IMG/VR virus record: IMGVR_UViG_3300032236_001631
Location: 1 to 64,000 of that record
DNA length: 64,000 bases
Reading direction: 5' to 3' (one strand)
Source of the DNA: a virus
Lineage: Duplodnaviria; Caudoviricetes
Shown here: piece after piece, positions 7,259 through 14,322 of the stretch
How positions within the stretch are numbered: position 1 is the stretch's first letter
Layout of the letters: each line of letters starts with the position of its first letter
Notes under the pieces: generated by a model
Seen by the model: only the letters and a program-made list of their open reading frames with translations
The model's database searches: none
What the model was told of the DNA's origin: nothing
Made by a program: the position numbers and the translations under genes

Positions 7259-7909
7259 TTACCAACCCTCCTCTTTCTTTCTTGGTGCTGTTACCCATAC
7301 ACCAATGTTTCCTACCCACTGTAAAGCACCATCTACAAAACCAAGTTCATACTTCTCGCCTTTAGGTAATTGTGACCATTTTTTATCAATAAGATCAAAT
7401 GCTTCTTGATATTTCTTTTCACAAAAAAACGAATATAATTTCTTTTTAATTCTAGCTGGAGCAACAAAGAATTTCCTAGTACTAAAACCTTGGACAACTG
7501 GATTAGGAACATCTGAATAACTTCCCCAACAAGTATCAAAGTCACGACCAGAACCAGAGTATCCTCCATTTCTTTCGTATGCCATATATTGTCTAAGAGT
7601 CTTCCAAATCATATAGGCTTCCTCTCCCCCAAAACCATACTGACCAACTCCCCATGCGGCATTAGGAGAACCAAGATCTTTGAAATATACTTTTCTAATG
7701 AGAGCTTCAATGTCTTTATTGTCATTGAAGTGATCATAGTTCTCATGCTTGAGCATCTCAGTCTGCTTATCAGCATAGCATTCGTCCAGTGCCATAGTGA
7801 TTTGACCACTACGCATACGCATGAATACTTCCAATGCTCTTTCGATTACAGGAAGATGTCTCTCGTCAAATGTAACAGTGACTTTCTTATGTTCTTTTTT
7901 CTTAGGCAT
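7259..7909 (-). CDS. Hypothetical protein
   Basis: 216-aa ORF immediately downstream of the structured RNA. Confidence 0.75.
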   Translation of the reverse strand: MPKKKEHKKVTVTFDERHLPVIERALEVFMRMRSGQITMALDECYADKQTEMLKHENYDHFNDNKDIEALIRKVYFKDLGSPNAAWGVGQYGFGGEEAYMIWKTLRQYMAYERNGGYSGSGRDFDTCWGSYSDVPNPVVQGFSTRKFFVAPARIKKKLYSFFCEKKYQEAFDLIDKKWSQLPKGEKYELGFVDGALQWVGNIGVWVTAPRKKEEGW

Positions 7910-7924
7910 GTTTTTAAAAGTTGA

Positions 7925-8039
7925 TGACTAGGAAATACTTTGGTGGTACTTCGGACAGGCTACACGTTCATCGTATACTATGCTTCGCTATCACCTGTTG
8001 CGGAAGTTCTTTAGCTTATAAGAACTCGCACCCTAGTCA
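7925..8039 (-). ncRNA. Candidate multi-branch structured RNA of unknown family
   Basis: Closing stem TGACTAGG/CCTAGTCA enclosing three hairpins; G-U wobbles favour the minus strand. Confidence 0.55.
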
Positions 8040-8045
8040 AATTGT

Positions 8046-8282
8046 TTATCCTAGCATATTAACAGTATCTCTATATGCTGTCAAGGCATTAATGATATCA
8101 TCTAATTCACTATTCTCAAAAGACATAAAACTTCTTGGTCTACGATCTGCGTCGAAATGACTAGGACAAATATCTGTAGTTAGCATTTCAGTATATTCAT
8201 AATTGTCTGGTGATTGTCTGAATGTCAAAAAGAAATCATCTAATTTTACGTTTACTTGTACACTTGTATTTTTATTTTTCAT
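8046..8282 (-). CDS. Hypothetical protein
   Basis: 78 aa, TAATG-coupled to the upstream gene. Confidence 0.7.
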   Translation of the reverse strand: MKNKNTSVQVNVKLDDFFLTFRQSPDNYEYTEMLTTDICPSHFDADRRPRSFMSFENSELDDIINALTAYRDTVNMLG

Positions 8283-8677
8283 TACTTCTTATTACGAGTT
8301 GCTTCAAGGATAGGAAGATTAGCCTCTGTAGGAATATAGATTACCTGATTCTTGGTATTCTCAAGGTTATTCACAAAGAGATATCTAAGATATTCCTCAT
8401 TATTCTTCAGGGACTCACCAATGATTTTATTGGCTTCTGCAACTCCCTTTGCTCTTTCCACCTCTGCTTTAGCTAGAAGTGTAGCACTTTCCATCTTTGC
8501 CCTTGCTTCTGCTACTGCAACCTCACGAGAAGATTGAGCATGAGCAAGGATAGCTTCACCAGCCATTCTCTGTTGATAGACATCATACTTTGGACAACCT
8601 ACCATACCACCAGCAATAATACCAATGATAAGGATTGTGATTAATGTTACGATTGATATTACTTCTGTTGTTTTCAT
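8282..8677 (-). CDS. Membrane-anchored SPFH/band-7-like coiled-coil protein
   Basis: TM helix followed by AEVERAKGVAEANKIIGESL...YIPTEANLPILEA. Confidence 0.7.
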   Translation of the reverse strand: MKTTEVISIVTLITILIIGIIAGGMVGCPKYDVYQQRMAGEAILAHAQSSREVAVAEARAKMESATLLAKAEVERAKGVAEANKIIGESLKNNEEYLRYLFVNNLENTKNQVIYIPTEANLPILEATRNKK

Positions 8678-8685
8678 ATTTTTAT

Positions 8686-8714
8686 ATACTATATCATTTA
8701 AAAGTTTCTGTCAA
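8686..8714 (-). promoter_or_regulatory. Sigma70-type promoter (non-repeat spacer)
   Basis: TTGACA-17-TAGTAT. Confidence 0.65.
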
Positions 8715-9135
8715 CAAAAATTCTATCGAATTTTTCGGCGGTAGTATTATTTTTATGCCTTCCATCATCTACGAGAAGAACATTATCAAAACCGCTCATC
8801 ATACATTCGACAGCAACCATAATAGAATCATCAATATGAAGTACAGAACCAATCTCTTTTAGAACTGGTGATTTAGGTTTACATGCAACAGAATGAATAT
8901 CTCTAATAGGAAGTTTATACTCTTCTACATATGCTTTAACTTCTGGTATGTCCCAAGTCTCTCTGGCAGTTACAATGTCAATGATGTAACCTTCATTATG
9001 CTTCTCAAAAAGAAGATCATGAACCTTTTGAATTGGGACAAGAACTTCAGAAGAAGTCCACAGCATTCCTACTTTCTCTTCGCTTAAAGAGAACAAAGTA
9101 TCATCAAAATCCGTTGAAATAACTAAACCTTTCAT
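8698..9135 (-). CDS. HAD-superfamily hydrolase
   Basis: DFDDTL, VTAR, K, HIDD motifs. Confidence 0.8.
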   Translation of the reverse strand: MKGLVISTDFDDTLFSLSEEKVGMLWTSSEVLVPIQKVHDLLFEKHNEGYIIDIVTARETWDIPEVKAYVEEYKLPIRDIHSVACKPKSPVLKEIGSVLHIDDSIMVAVECMMSGFDNVLLVDDGRHKNNTTAEKFDRIFVDRNF

Positions 9136-9141
9136 AAAATA

Positions 9142-9170
9142 AACTTATATGAAATTCTATTCATTGTCAA
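9142..9170 (-). promoter_or_regulatory. Sigma70-type promoter, leaderless spacing
   Basis: TTGACA-17-TAAGTT-6-ATG. Confidence 0.6.
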
Positions 9171-9233
9171 TTTTATATTTCAAAAAAAACCTCCAGAACT
9201 TTTACTTCTTTTCTTTAAACATGCTGTGATACT

Positions 9234-9269
9234 TTATTCATCAAAGTCAAAAGTGATTAGTTGTTTCAC
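9234..9269 (-). pseudogene. Possible remnant of a HAD hydrolase 5' end
   Basis: GTG start overlapping the upstream stop, MKQLITFDFDE then stop. Confidence 0.35.
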
Positions 9270-9484
9270 CTTGGAATGATAACAGCCATAGCATTAGGTT
9301 CGTATTGATCAGTTACATGATGAACCTCATGCTTACCATAATACCACTCTTCATGGACATTCAGTCTAATAGGAGTCTGATAAGGCTTACTAGGAGAAGC
9401 AATTCCTCCCTCATATCCTTCTACCATGACAAGCATTTCTGGATCAAACTGCTGTAGCTGTTCTATAAGTTCTTTTATTTTCAT
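9266..9484 (-). CDS. Hypothetical phage protein
   Basis: MKIKELIEQLQQFDPEMLVMVEGYEGG. Confidence 0.75.
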   Translation of the reverse strand: MKIKELIEQLQQFDPEMLVMVEGYEGGIASPSKPYQTPIRLNVHEEWYYGKHEVHHVTDQYEPNAMAVIIPR

Positions 9485-9606
9485 TTTATAACAAACATAA
9501 GCCACAATGCAAAAATGCACGATATAGTTGAGAATGCGATGAATGCACTTATACCTAAAAAGATATAGAACGCAATTGTTAATTTATTCGGATATTTATT
9601 TTTCAT
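9481..9606 (-). CDS. 41-aa membrane peptide (not in ORF track)
   Basis: MKNKYPNKLTIAFYIFLGISAFIAF...; ATG 6 nt after -10, ATGA-coupled to the next gene. Confidence 0.65.
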   Translation of the reverse strand: MKNKYPNKLTIAFYIFLGISAFIAFSTISCIFALWLMFVIK

Positions 9607-9612
9607 AATCCT

Positions 9613-9641
9613 ATTCTATATGCTTTAGGAGGTGGTGTCAA
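9613..9641 (-). promoter_or_regulatory. Cassette repeat / promoter
   Basis: One mismatch to consensus. Confidence 0.9.
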
Positions 9642-9795
9642 GAGGTTCATACAAATCTGGACAAAATTCTCTATTATATGTTTCTCTAACTCTGATATAC
9701 TCTTCAAAAGTTAAACCAGAGATTGTTACAGTTATAAGAGCATTAGGACTATCAAAAAACTCTTTATCAGATTTTGAATCAAATATTCTAGGCAT
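9625..9795 (-). CDS. Hypothetical protein
   Basis: Start MPRIFD preceded by AATAAGATT (repeat tail); ends LDTTS. Confidence 0.65.
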   Translation of the reverse strand: MPRIFDSKSDKEFFDSPNALITVTISGLTFEEYIRVRETYNREFCPDLYEPLDTTS

Positions 9796-9799
9796 AATC

Positions 9800-10033
9800 T
9801 TATTTGTTTTGGTTCCAAAGAGGAAAGTCATCCCATTGTTTGATAATCCAACCACCAGTATGATAAGACTCAAAATGTGTACCATTTTTAAAACCATCAG
9901 AAACAAATTTAGCTTCTACATTTGGAACACTAAAGGTTGCTATTCCATCTGGTGTATTCTTTGTAATGATAATATGAGTATCATTACAGCTAATCTCTGA
10001 GGTATCTACCATCACTTCTAATTTATATTTCAT
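9800..10033 (-). CDS. Hypothetical protein
   Basis: ATG 6 nt after -10. Confidence 0.75.
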   Translation of the reverse strand: MKYKLEVMVDTSEISCNDTHIIITKNTPDGIATFSVPNVEAKFVSDGFKNGTHFESYHTGGWIIKQWDDFPLWNQNK

Positions 10034-10039
10034 AATCTT

Positions 10040-10068
10040 ATTCTATATGCTTTAGGATGACTTGTCAA
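10040..10068 (-). promoter_or_regulatory. Cassette repeat / promoter (variant)
   Basis: TTGACAagtcatcctaaagcataTAGAAT. Confidence 0.85.
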
Positions 10069-10237
10069 GATTTTTGCATTGATCAATAATATAATCAACA
10101 GGAATCATATTAGTTAATGTTCTATTACTTTCTCTTAATTGCTTAACAGTCCAAATAAGCTCTTCTACTGTCATTTTTTCTGGTTCAACACAATATTCTA
10201 AATCATCTCCGAATTTATTAGTTCTGTATTCATTCAT
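10052..10237 (-). CDS. Hypothetical protein
   Basis: Fills one cassette; ends LDKSS. Confidence 0.75.
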   Translation of the reverse strand: MNEYRTNKFGDDLEYCVEPEKMTVEELIWTVKQLRESNRTLTNMIPVDYIIDQCKNLDKSS

Positions 10238-10243
10238 AATCTT

Positions 10244-10272
10244 ATTCTATATGCTTTAGGAGGATGTGTCAA
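10244..10272 (-). promoter_or_regulatory. Cassette repeat / promoter
   Basis: One mismatch to consensus. Confidence 0.9.
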
Positions 10273-10441
10273 GCTTTTCTTTCAATTTAGCAATTTCCAC
10301 ACATTGCTTACTGATTATATCCTTTAGATATTTGATTCTATGTTCATGTGAATCACCACAATTATAACCTCCAAGAGATCTATAATAATCGAATGCCTTT
10401 TTTTGATAAGGGTCTGTTAGATTATATGAATTGAATTTCAT
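10256..10441 (-). CDS. Hypothetical protein
   Basis: Fills one cassette; ends LDTSS. Confidence 0.75.
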   Translation of the reverse strand: MKFNSYNLTDPYQKKAFDYYRSLGGYNCGDSHEHRIKYLKDIISKQCVEIAKLKEKLDTSS

Positions 10442-10447
10442 AATCTT

Positions 10448-10475
10448 ATTATATAGTATTAAGAGGAGGTGTCAA
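10448..10475 (-). promoter_or_regulatory. Cassette repeat / promoter (divergent)
   Basis: TTGACAcctcctc...-16-TATAAT. Confidence 0.75.
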
Positions 10476-10630
10476 TGAAAAAGATTAAGTGTTGCAGCTA
10501 TAAAATAAAATGCCAATGCTATAAAGAAAGTTTTCTCCATAAGACTAACCTTACACATTAGCCCTAATCCAAGAGTTATAAAGGTTGCTACTACAGCAAT
10601 GGTTGTAAAAATAGGTAATACTATATTCAT
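10472..10630 (-). CDS. 52-aa two-TM membrane protein (not in ORF track)
   Basis: MNIVLPIFTTIAVVATFITLGLGLM...; fills one cassette. Confidence 0.7.
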   Translation of the reverse strand: MNIVLPIFTTIAVVATFITLGLGLMCKVSLMEKTFFIALAFYFIAATLNLFH

Positions 10631-10636
10631 TATTAC

Positions 10637-10665
10637 AGTCTATATGCTTTAGGAGGAGGTGTCAA
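10637..10665 (-). promoter_or_regulatory. Cassette repeat / promoter
   Basis: TTGACA-17-TAGACT. Confidence 0.85.
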
Positions 10666-10868
10666 GGCTCTTCTCTCTCAGCACTCAGCTTTAGAATCCC
10701 ATTACTAATGTATAGGTTAGCTGTAATTCTTGAGCCATCCTGAAGAGTAATTCCAAGCCAGAACCTATCCTGATCCATTCTTTCTAGATGGACAAATTGA
10801 GCATCTTCGGCAATAACTTCATCAAAGTTACCTTCTCTATCAGATCTGATTTCCCATTCTGGTTTCAT
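10662..10868 (-). CDS. Hypothetical protein
   Basis: VHLERMDQDRFWLGI motif; stop within TTGACA. Confidence 0.75.
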   Translation of the reverse strand: MKPEWEIRSDREGNFDEVIAEDAQFVHLERMDQDRFWLGITLQDGSRITANLYISNGILKLSAEREEP

Positions 10869-10965
10869 TGATTAAAATCTCATTTATTTTCTTTTTCTTT
10901 TCTATCTCTTATCCATTTTATAATCATTGGCATACCTAGTAAGCCATATTTTGGAATTCTTTTTT

Positions 10966-11202
10966 TCATGAATTTAAATCCAAGTTATGCTCATTCAAGA
11001 GCCTCCAAAGCTCATCTCTTACCTTAGCCATAGTATCAGTGAGAATAGGATCCTCTTTATCAGATGGATACTTGACAAAGTTTCTAAGGTACTGGTCTAG
11101 CTCCCAAAGCACTAAAGAATACTTTCTAGCATTATTAGCTAGTTCAAATTCTTCAAGATCTTCAGGTTCGTTTAAGTTATATTCTAAAGTGGCTTTTGGC
11201 AT
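10966..11202 (-). CDS. Hypothetical phage protein
   Basis: KATLEYNL...LWELDQYLR pattern common in small phage proteins. Confidence 0.75.
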   Translation of the reverse strand: MPKATLEYNLNEPEDLEEFELANNARKYSLVLWELDQYLRNFVKYPSDKEDPILTDTMAKVRDELWRLLNEHNLDLNS

Positions 11203-11203
11203 A

Positions 11204-11530
11204 TTAAGATTTTATATTATTTTTATAAAGGTCATAGCTCAGAATCAGACTAATAGTATAACCAAAAGCTGTCCATATCCATCCATAATAGAGTAATATT
11301 ATAATAAAAACAATTGTAATAGGAGTACTAATCCATACAGGAACAGGTCTTCCTTCTTTAATGATTCTATCATGAATCTCTTTATTATTCATAGCTAGAA
11401 TACAACATGATACTCCAAACCAAGTAAGAAAATAAATCATGTATTGTGCTGCTTTCATTCCTTTGATACCATACCAGAGAACAATCAAAGAAAAACACAG
11501 AGAAATAAAATATTTTGATTTTCTGTTCAT
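11204..11530 (-). CDS. Hypothetical multi-TM membrane protein
   Basis: Several hydrophobic segments; start MNRKSK. Confidence 0.7.
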   Translation of the reverse strand: MNRKSKYFISLCFSLIVLWYGIKGMKAAQYMIYFLTWFGVSCCILAMNNKEIHDRIIKEGRPVPVWISTPITIVFIIILLYYGWIWTAFGYTISLILSYDLYKNNIKS

Positions 11531-11531
11531 A

Positions 11532-11969
11532 TTATTCTTTATTGTCAATTTGACTTCTTAGCATTTGATTTTCAGATTCGAGTATATCAATACGCTCTCT
11601 CATTCCTTGAATAAGTGCTTTTGTTTCTTTTAAAATTCTAGCATCTTTTCCTGCTACATCATAAATTCTAAAAATATCTTCTTCGTTATGAGTTTTATCG
11701 TTATACGTCATGATTATTTTTTCCAATTCTACCAATATTTTTTTGTAATTGCAATCATTATTTTTATATTCTGAAATCAATTTTAAGCAAATATCTTTAA
11801 TCTTAAAGAATTTTATGGCATTCTTATCCATACTATCTGCCATTTCCTTTACCAGATCTCTCCAATAATTTAAAGATTTTTGAAATTCTTTATTTTGTAT
11901 TTCTAGATTGATATTCTTGATTCTCAAATTAGCAATATCATCTATCATATTTGGTTTATAATCATCCAT
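11532..11969 (-). CDS. Hypothetical coiled-coil protein
   Basis: 145-aa ORF in packed operon. Confidence 0.7.
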   Translation of the reverse strand: MDDYKPNMIDDIANLRIKNINLEIQNKEFQKSLNYWRDLVKEMADSMDKNAIKFFKIKDICLKLISEYKNNDCNYKKILVELEKIIMTYNDKTHNEEDIFRIYDVAGKDARILKETKALIQGMRERIDILESENQMLRSQIDNKE

Positions 11970-11970
11970 A

Positions 11971-12654
11971 TTATTTTGTTAATTCGTATTCAAGAAGAAT
12001 AGAAGAAAGTTCTTTTTGAACTTCATTAAGGAGATTTTTTTCCTTTTTATTTGGTTTCAGACTTTCCCATATACTAGAATCATCTGTAGAAAAATAAGCA
12101 TTAATCTCATCGACTATGACCTTTTTAGTATATCCAATATGAAGCAGATATTCTTCAATATTTTTGTAAAGGTTTGGAGTGATACGTTTAATTATCTTAT
12201 CAACTTTATTCTTATAATCTTTATTGAGATGATAAAGTGCATGAGCAACTTCATGTCTCTTGGTAATCTTATTATTACCTTCACTACCAATAAGATAATA
12301 CTTTGGATCTTTTTCATCCAATTCATCCATGATAGTATCATGAATGTCCATGATGACATCATCATAATAATTCATATCTATAGTATTTTTCTCATAATAA
12401 CATTTTTGAATCATAGAACCCGGAATATTAAATCCTGACCAATCAGCAGGATAACCAAAATAAACTTCTTTATTTTTCTTAGCATACAAGCGCATGAAAT
12501 CCAAAAGCTCAAAGTTTTTTCCACGAATCTCTTTGAAGGGAGATTCGTAAAACTCTTGCACACGGCAAAAAGTCATTGCAAGATCATAACGATTATTGAT
12601 TATGCAATGATAAATTCTATTAGAAATTTTTTCTAGTTTGTATTTAATTTTCAT
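11971..12654 (-). CDS. Hypothetical protein with HExxH zinc-peptidase motif
   Basis: RHEVAH ... DEINAY. Confidence 0.65.
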   Translation of the reverse strand: MKIKYKLEKISNRIYHCIINNRYDLAMTFCRVQEFYESPFKEIRGKNFELLDFMRLYAKKNKEVYFGYPADWSGFNIPGSMIQKCYYEKNTIDMNYYDDVIMDIHDTIMDELDEKDPKYYLIGSEGNNKITKRHEVAHALYHLNKDYKNKVDKIIKRITPNLYKNIEEYLLHIGYTKKVIVDEINAYFSTDDSSIWESLKPNKKEKNLLNEVQKELSSILLEYELTK

Positions 12655-12854
12655 AATGGGTTTCCACTTTTAAGTTTTTCTATCATTTTATTCAATGATT
12701 TAGTATCTCCCTTGGAGATCATATTCCAAGGAATCTGATTTTCAAATGTATTATTAGGAGTAATTAACCATTTTGCAATTTCCTTCCTTTCCATAATTTC
12801 TTCAAGCTTCTCATACCATTCCATGCAGAGAAGATAATCATTATCAATATTCAT
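12651..12854 (-). CDS. MbcA/ParS/Xre antitoxin C-terminal-like (DUF2384) protein
   Basis: WLITPNNTFENQIPWNMI...G pattern. Confidence 0.6.
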   Translation of the reverse strand: MNIDNDYLLCMEWYEKLEEIMERKEIAKWLITPNNTFENQIPWNMISKGDTKSLNKMIEKLKSGNPL

Positions 12855-13143
12855 AATCATCCTCTTCTTCCAGATCAATTCTTTCCATAATAGATTCTCT
12901 TTGCTTTACTTTCTTATTAAAGAGACGAAGAGCTTTTTTTTCAAATTGAATCTGATCTTTTTCAGGAACAGCATCAATCATACACTCGGTTACAGAAACT
13001 AAAAGACCTGCCAATGTTTCTGCATCAAATGTAACATTATCTAATGTATTATATGTCTTGGCAGCAGGATAAAAAGTTTCCTTATCATGAGAAGATTTGA
13101 TAAAACCAAGTGCTAAAATTTGAATAAAATTATCATCATCCAT
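12844..13143 (-). CDS. Hypothetical protein
   Basis: 99 aa, packed operon. Confidence 0.7.
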   Translation of the reverse strand: MDDDNFIQILALGFIKSSHDKETFYPAAKTYNTLDNVTFDAETLAGLLVSVTECMIDAVPEKDQIQFEKKALRLFNKKVKQRESIMERIDLEEEDDYEY

Positions 13144-13144
13144 A

Positions 13145-13576
13145 TTAATTGTCCCTTATTTTTAAACATTCAGTAAGCATGTCTGCACATTGCAGTGCAG
13201 TAAGTTCCTTATTATACTCCATACTACGACCAATATACTTGTACCACCAAACCTTAAAGTCCAATGGTTTATAATAGAAATTGGGTGCATGTTCTTCTCC
13301 ACACCATTTACAATCTTCTGCCTCACACCAGCAGTAGCGATGTAAAGAGAACACGCAATTATCTACATTCGTACCATACTTGTCAGCCCATTCACCTTCT
13401 TCTGAATGGTAATCTGCAATGGCACGAATAACAGAATCAATAAGATAATCTTTTTTTGTTCCAAACATTCCAATAGGAACTATGAATTCTATTTGTTCAG
13501 GCATTTCATATGGATCATATTCCAATAACTCAGAAATGGATGGAAATCCATCATCTTTTTCAATTTTTTCACTCAT
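13145..13576 (-). CDS. Hypothetical Cys-rich protein
   Basis: CWCEAEDCKWC...PNF...VWWYKYIGR. Confidence 0.7.
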   Translation of the reverse strand: MSEKIEKDDGFPSISELLEYDPYEMPEQIEFIVPIGMFGTKKDYLIDSVIRAIADYHSEEGEWADKYGTNVDNCVFSLHRYCWCEAEDCKWCGEEHAPNFYYKPLDFKVWWYKYIGRSMEYNKELTALQCADMLTECLKIRDN

Positions 13577-14049
13577 TTGTGATAGATAATATAACCAATG
13601 ATTATAGCAAATGCAACAAAATTCACAAAAAATGCAATCTGAAGTTTGAAGATAAGACTGAAATATTTCTTGTAAAGATCATCCAACATATTACCATCTT
13701 GAGTAATCACCTTGATTACTCTCTCATGAATATCTTGATGATTAGCCAGACATTCATTATGTTTACCAAACAAACCAGCAAGAGAATTAAACCCATCATG
13801 ATTAGTTTGAATCATATTTCTATGAGAATGCTGAACAGATACTAAGGCTTCAAGTGCTTGATTGGTAGACTTGGAAACCTTATCTATAGAATCATTGATC
13901 TTGGACAAAACCTGATCTAATTCTTTGACAGAATCCATACTCACCGAACTTGTTGTCATTGAATAAGCAACAGGAAAAGTACTACTAGTATTAGTAGTAT
14001 AAGTTTCTGAAACAACATTTTCTGATTTTTTTTCCTTTTTCTTTTTCAT
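13573..14049 (-). CDS. Hypothetical coiled-coil protein with C-terminal TM
   Basis: 158 aa. Confidence 0.7.
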   Translation of the reverse strand: MKKKKEKKSENVVSETYTTNTSSTFPVAYSMTTSSVSMDSVKELDQVLSKINDSIDKVSKSTNQALEALVSVQHSHRNMIQTNHDGFNSLAGLFGKHNECLANHQDIHERVIKVITQDGNMLDDLYKKYFSLIFKLQIAFFVNFVAFAIIIGYIIYHK

Positions 14050-14300
14050 GAGATTTGTATAAAGGTTGGAGTCTTTTCTCCTACATATGATCCGATGATA
14101 TTGTACTCAAAGTATTCGACTGCTTCTTCATTGGTCATACCATCAGCCATTAATTTTTCGATACACTTTCCCATATCATAAGCTACATGATTCTCTTGTC
14201 CAAATCTAGAAGCAACACCGATGATACAATCATCAAATCCATCAGCAAATAACAATTCTTCATCATTAAAATTTTCTACAATGGTTTCTCGAATGTCCAT
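14046..14300 (-). CDS. Conserved hypothetical phage protein
   Basis: DGFDDCIIG...EEAVEYFEYNIIGSYVGEKTP. Confidence 0.8.
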   Translation of the reverse strand: MDIRETIVENFNDEELLFADGFDDCIIGVASRFGQENHVAYDMGKCIEKLMADGMTNEEAVEYFEYNIIGSYVGEKTPTFIQIS

Positions 14301-14322
14301 ATGAATATGATATATTATAATT

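Larger units (their letters stand above)
260..10665 (-). repeat. Dispersed 29-bp direct repeat array (16 copies) delimiting gene cassettes
   Basis: Plus-strand consensus attctatatgctttaggaggaggtgtcaa at 260, 1228, 1500, 1715, 2381, 2875, 3126, 3878, 4575, 4768, 5218, 9613, 10040, 10244, 10448, 10637; more degenerate copies at 515 and 917. Confidence 0.95.

Noticed and set aside
7925-8039. tRNA gene
   Set aside because: Cloverleaf-like, but there is no TTC-containing T-loop, D-loop GG or anticodon arm geometry. No tRNA was recognised anywhere in the window.
260-10665. CRISPR array interpretation of the 29-bp repeats
   Set aside because: Intervals are about 190 bp to 4.4 kb and contain whole genes; the repeat is a promoter consensus; no cas genes are present.
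260-10665. Classical integron attC sites
   Set aside because: No RYYYAAC/GTTRRRY ends or palindromic structure, and no integrase in the window.
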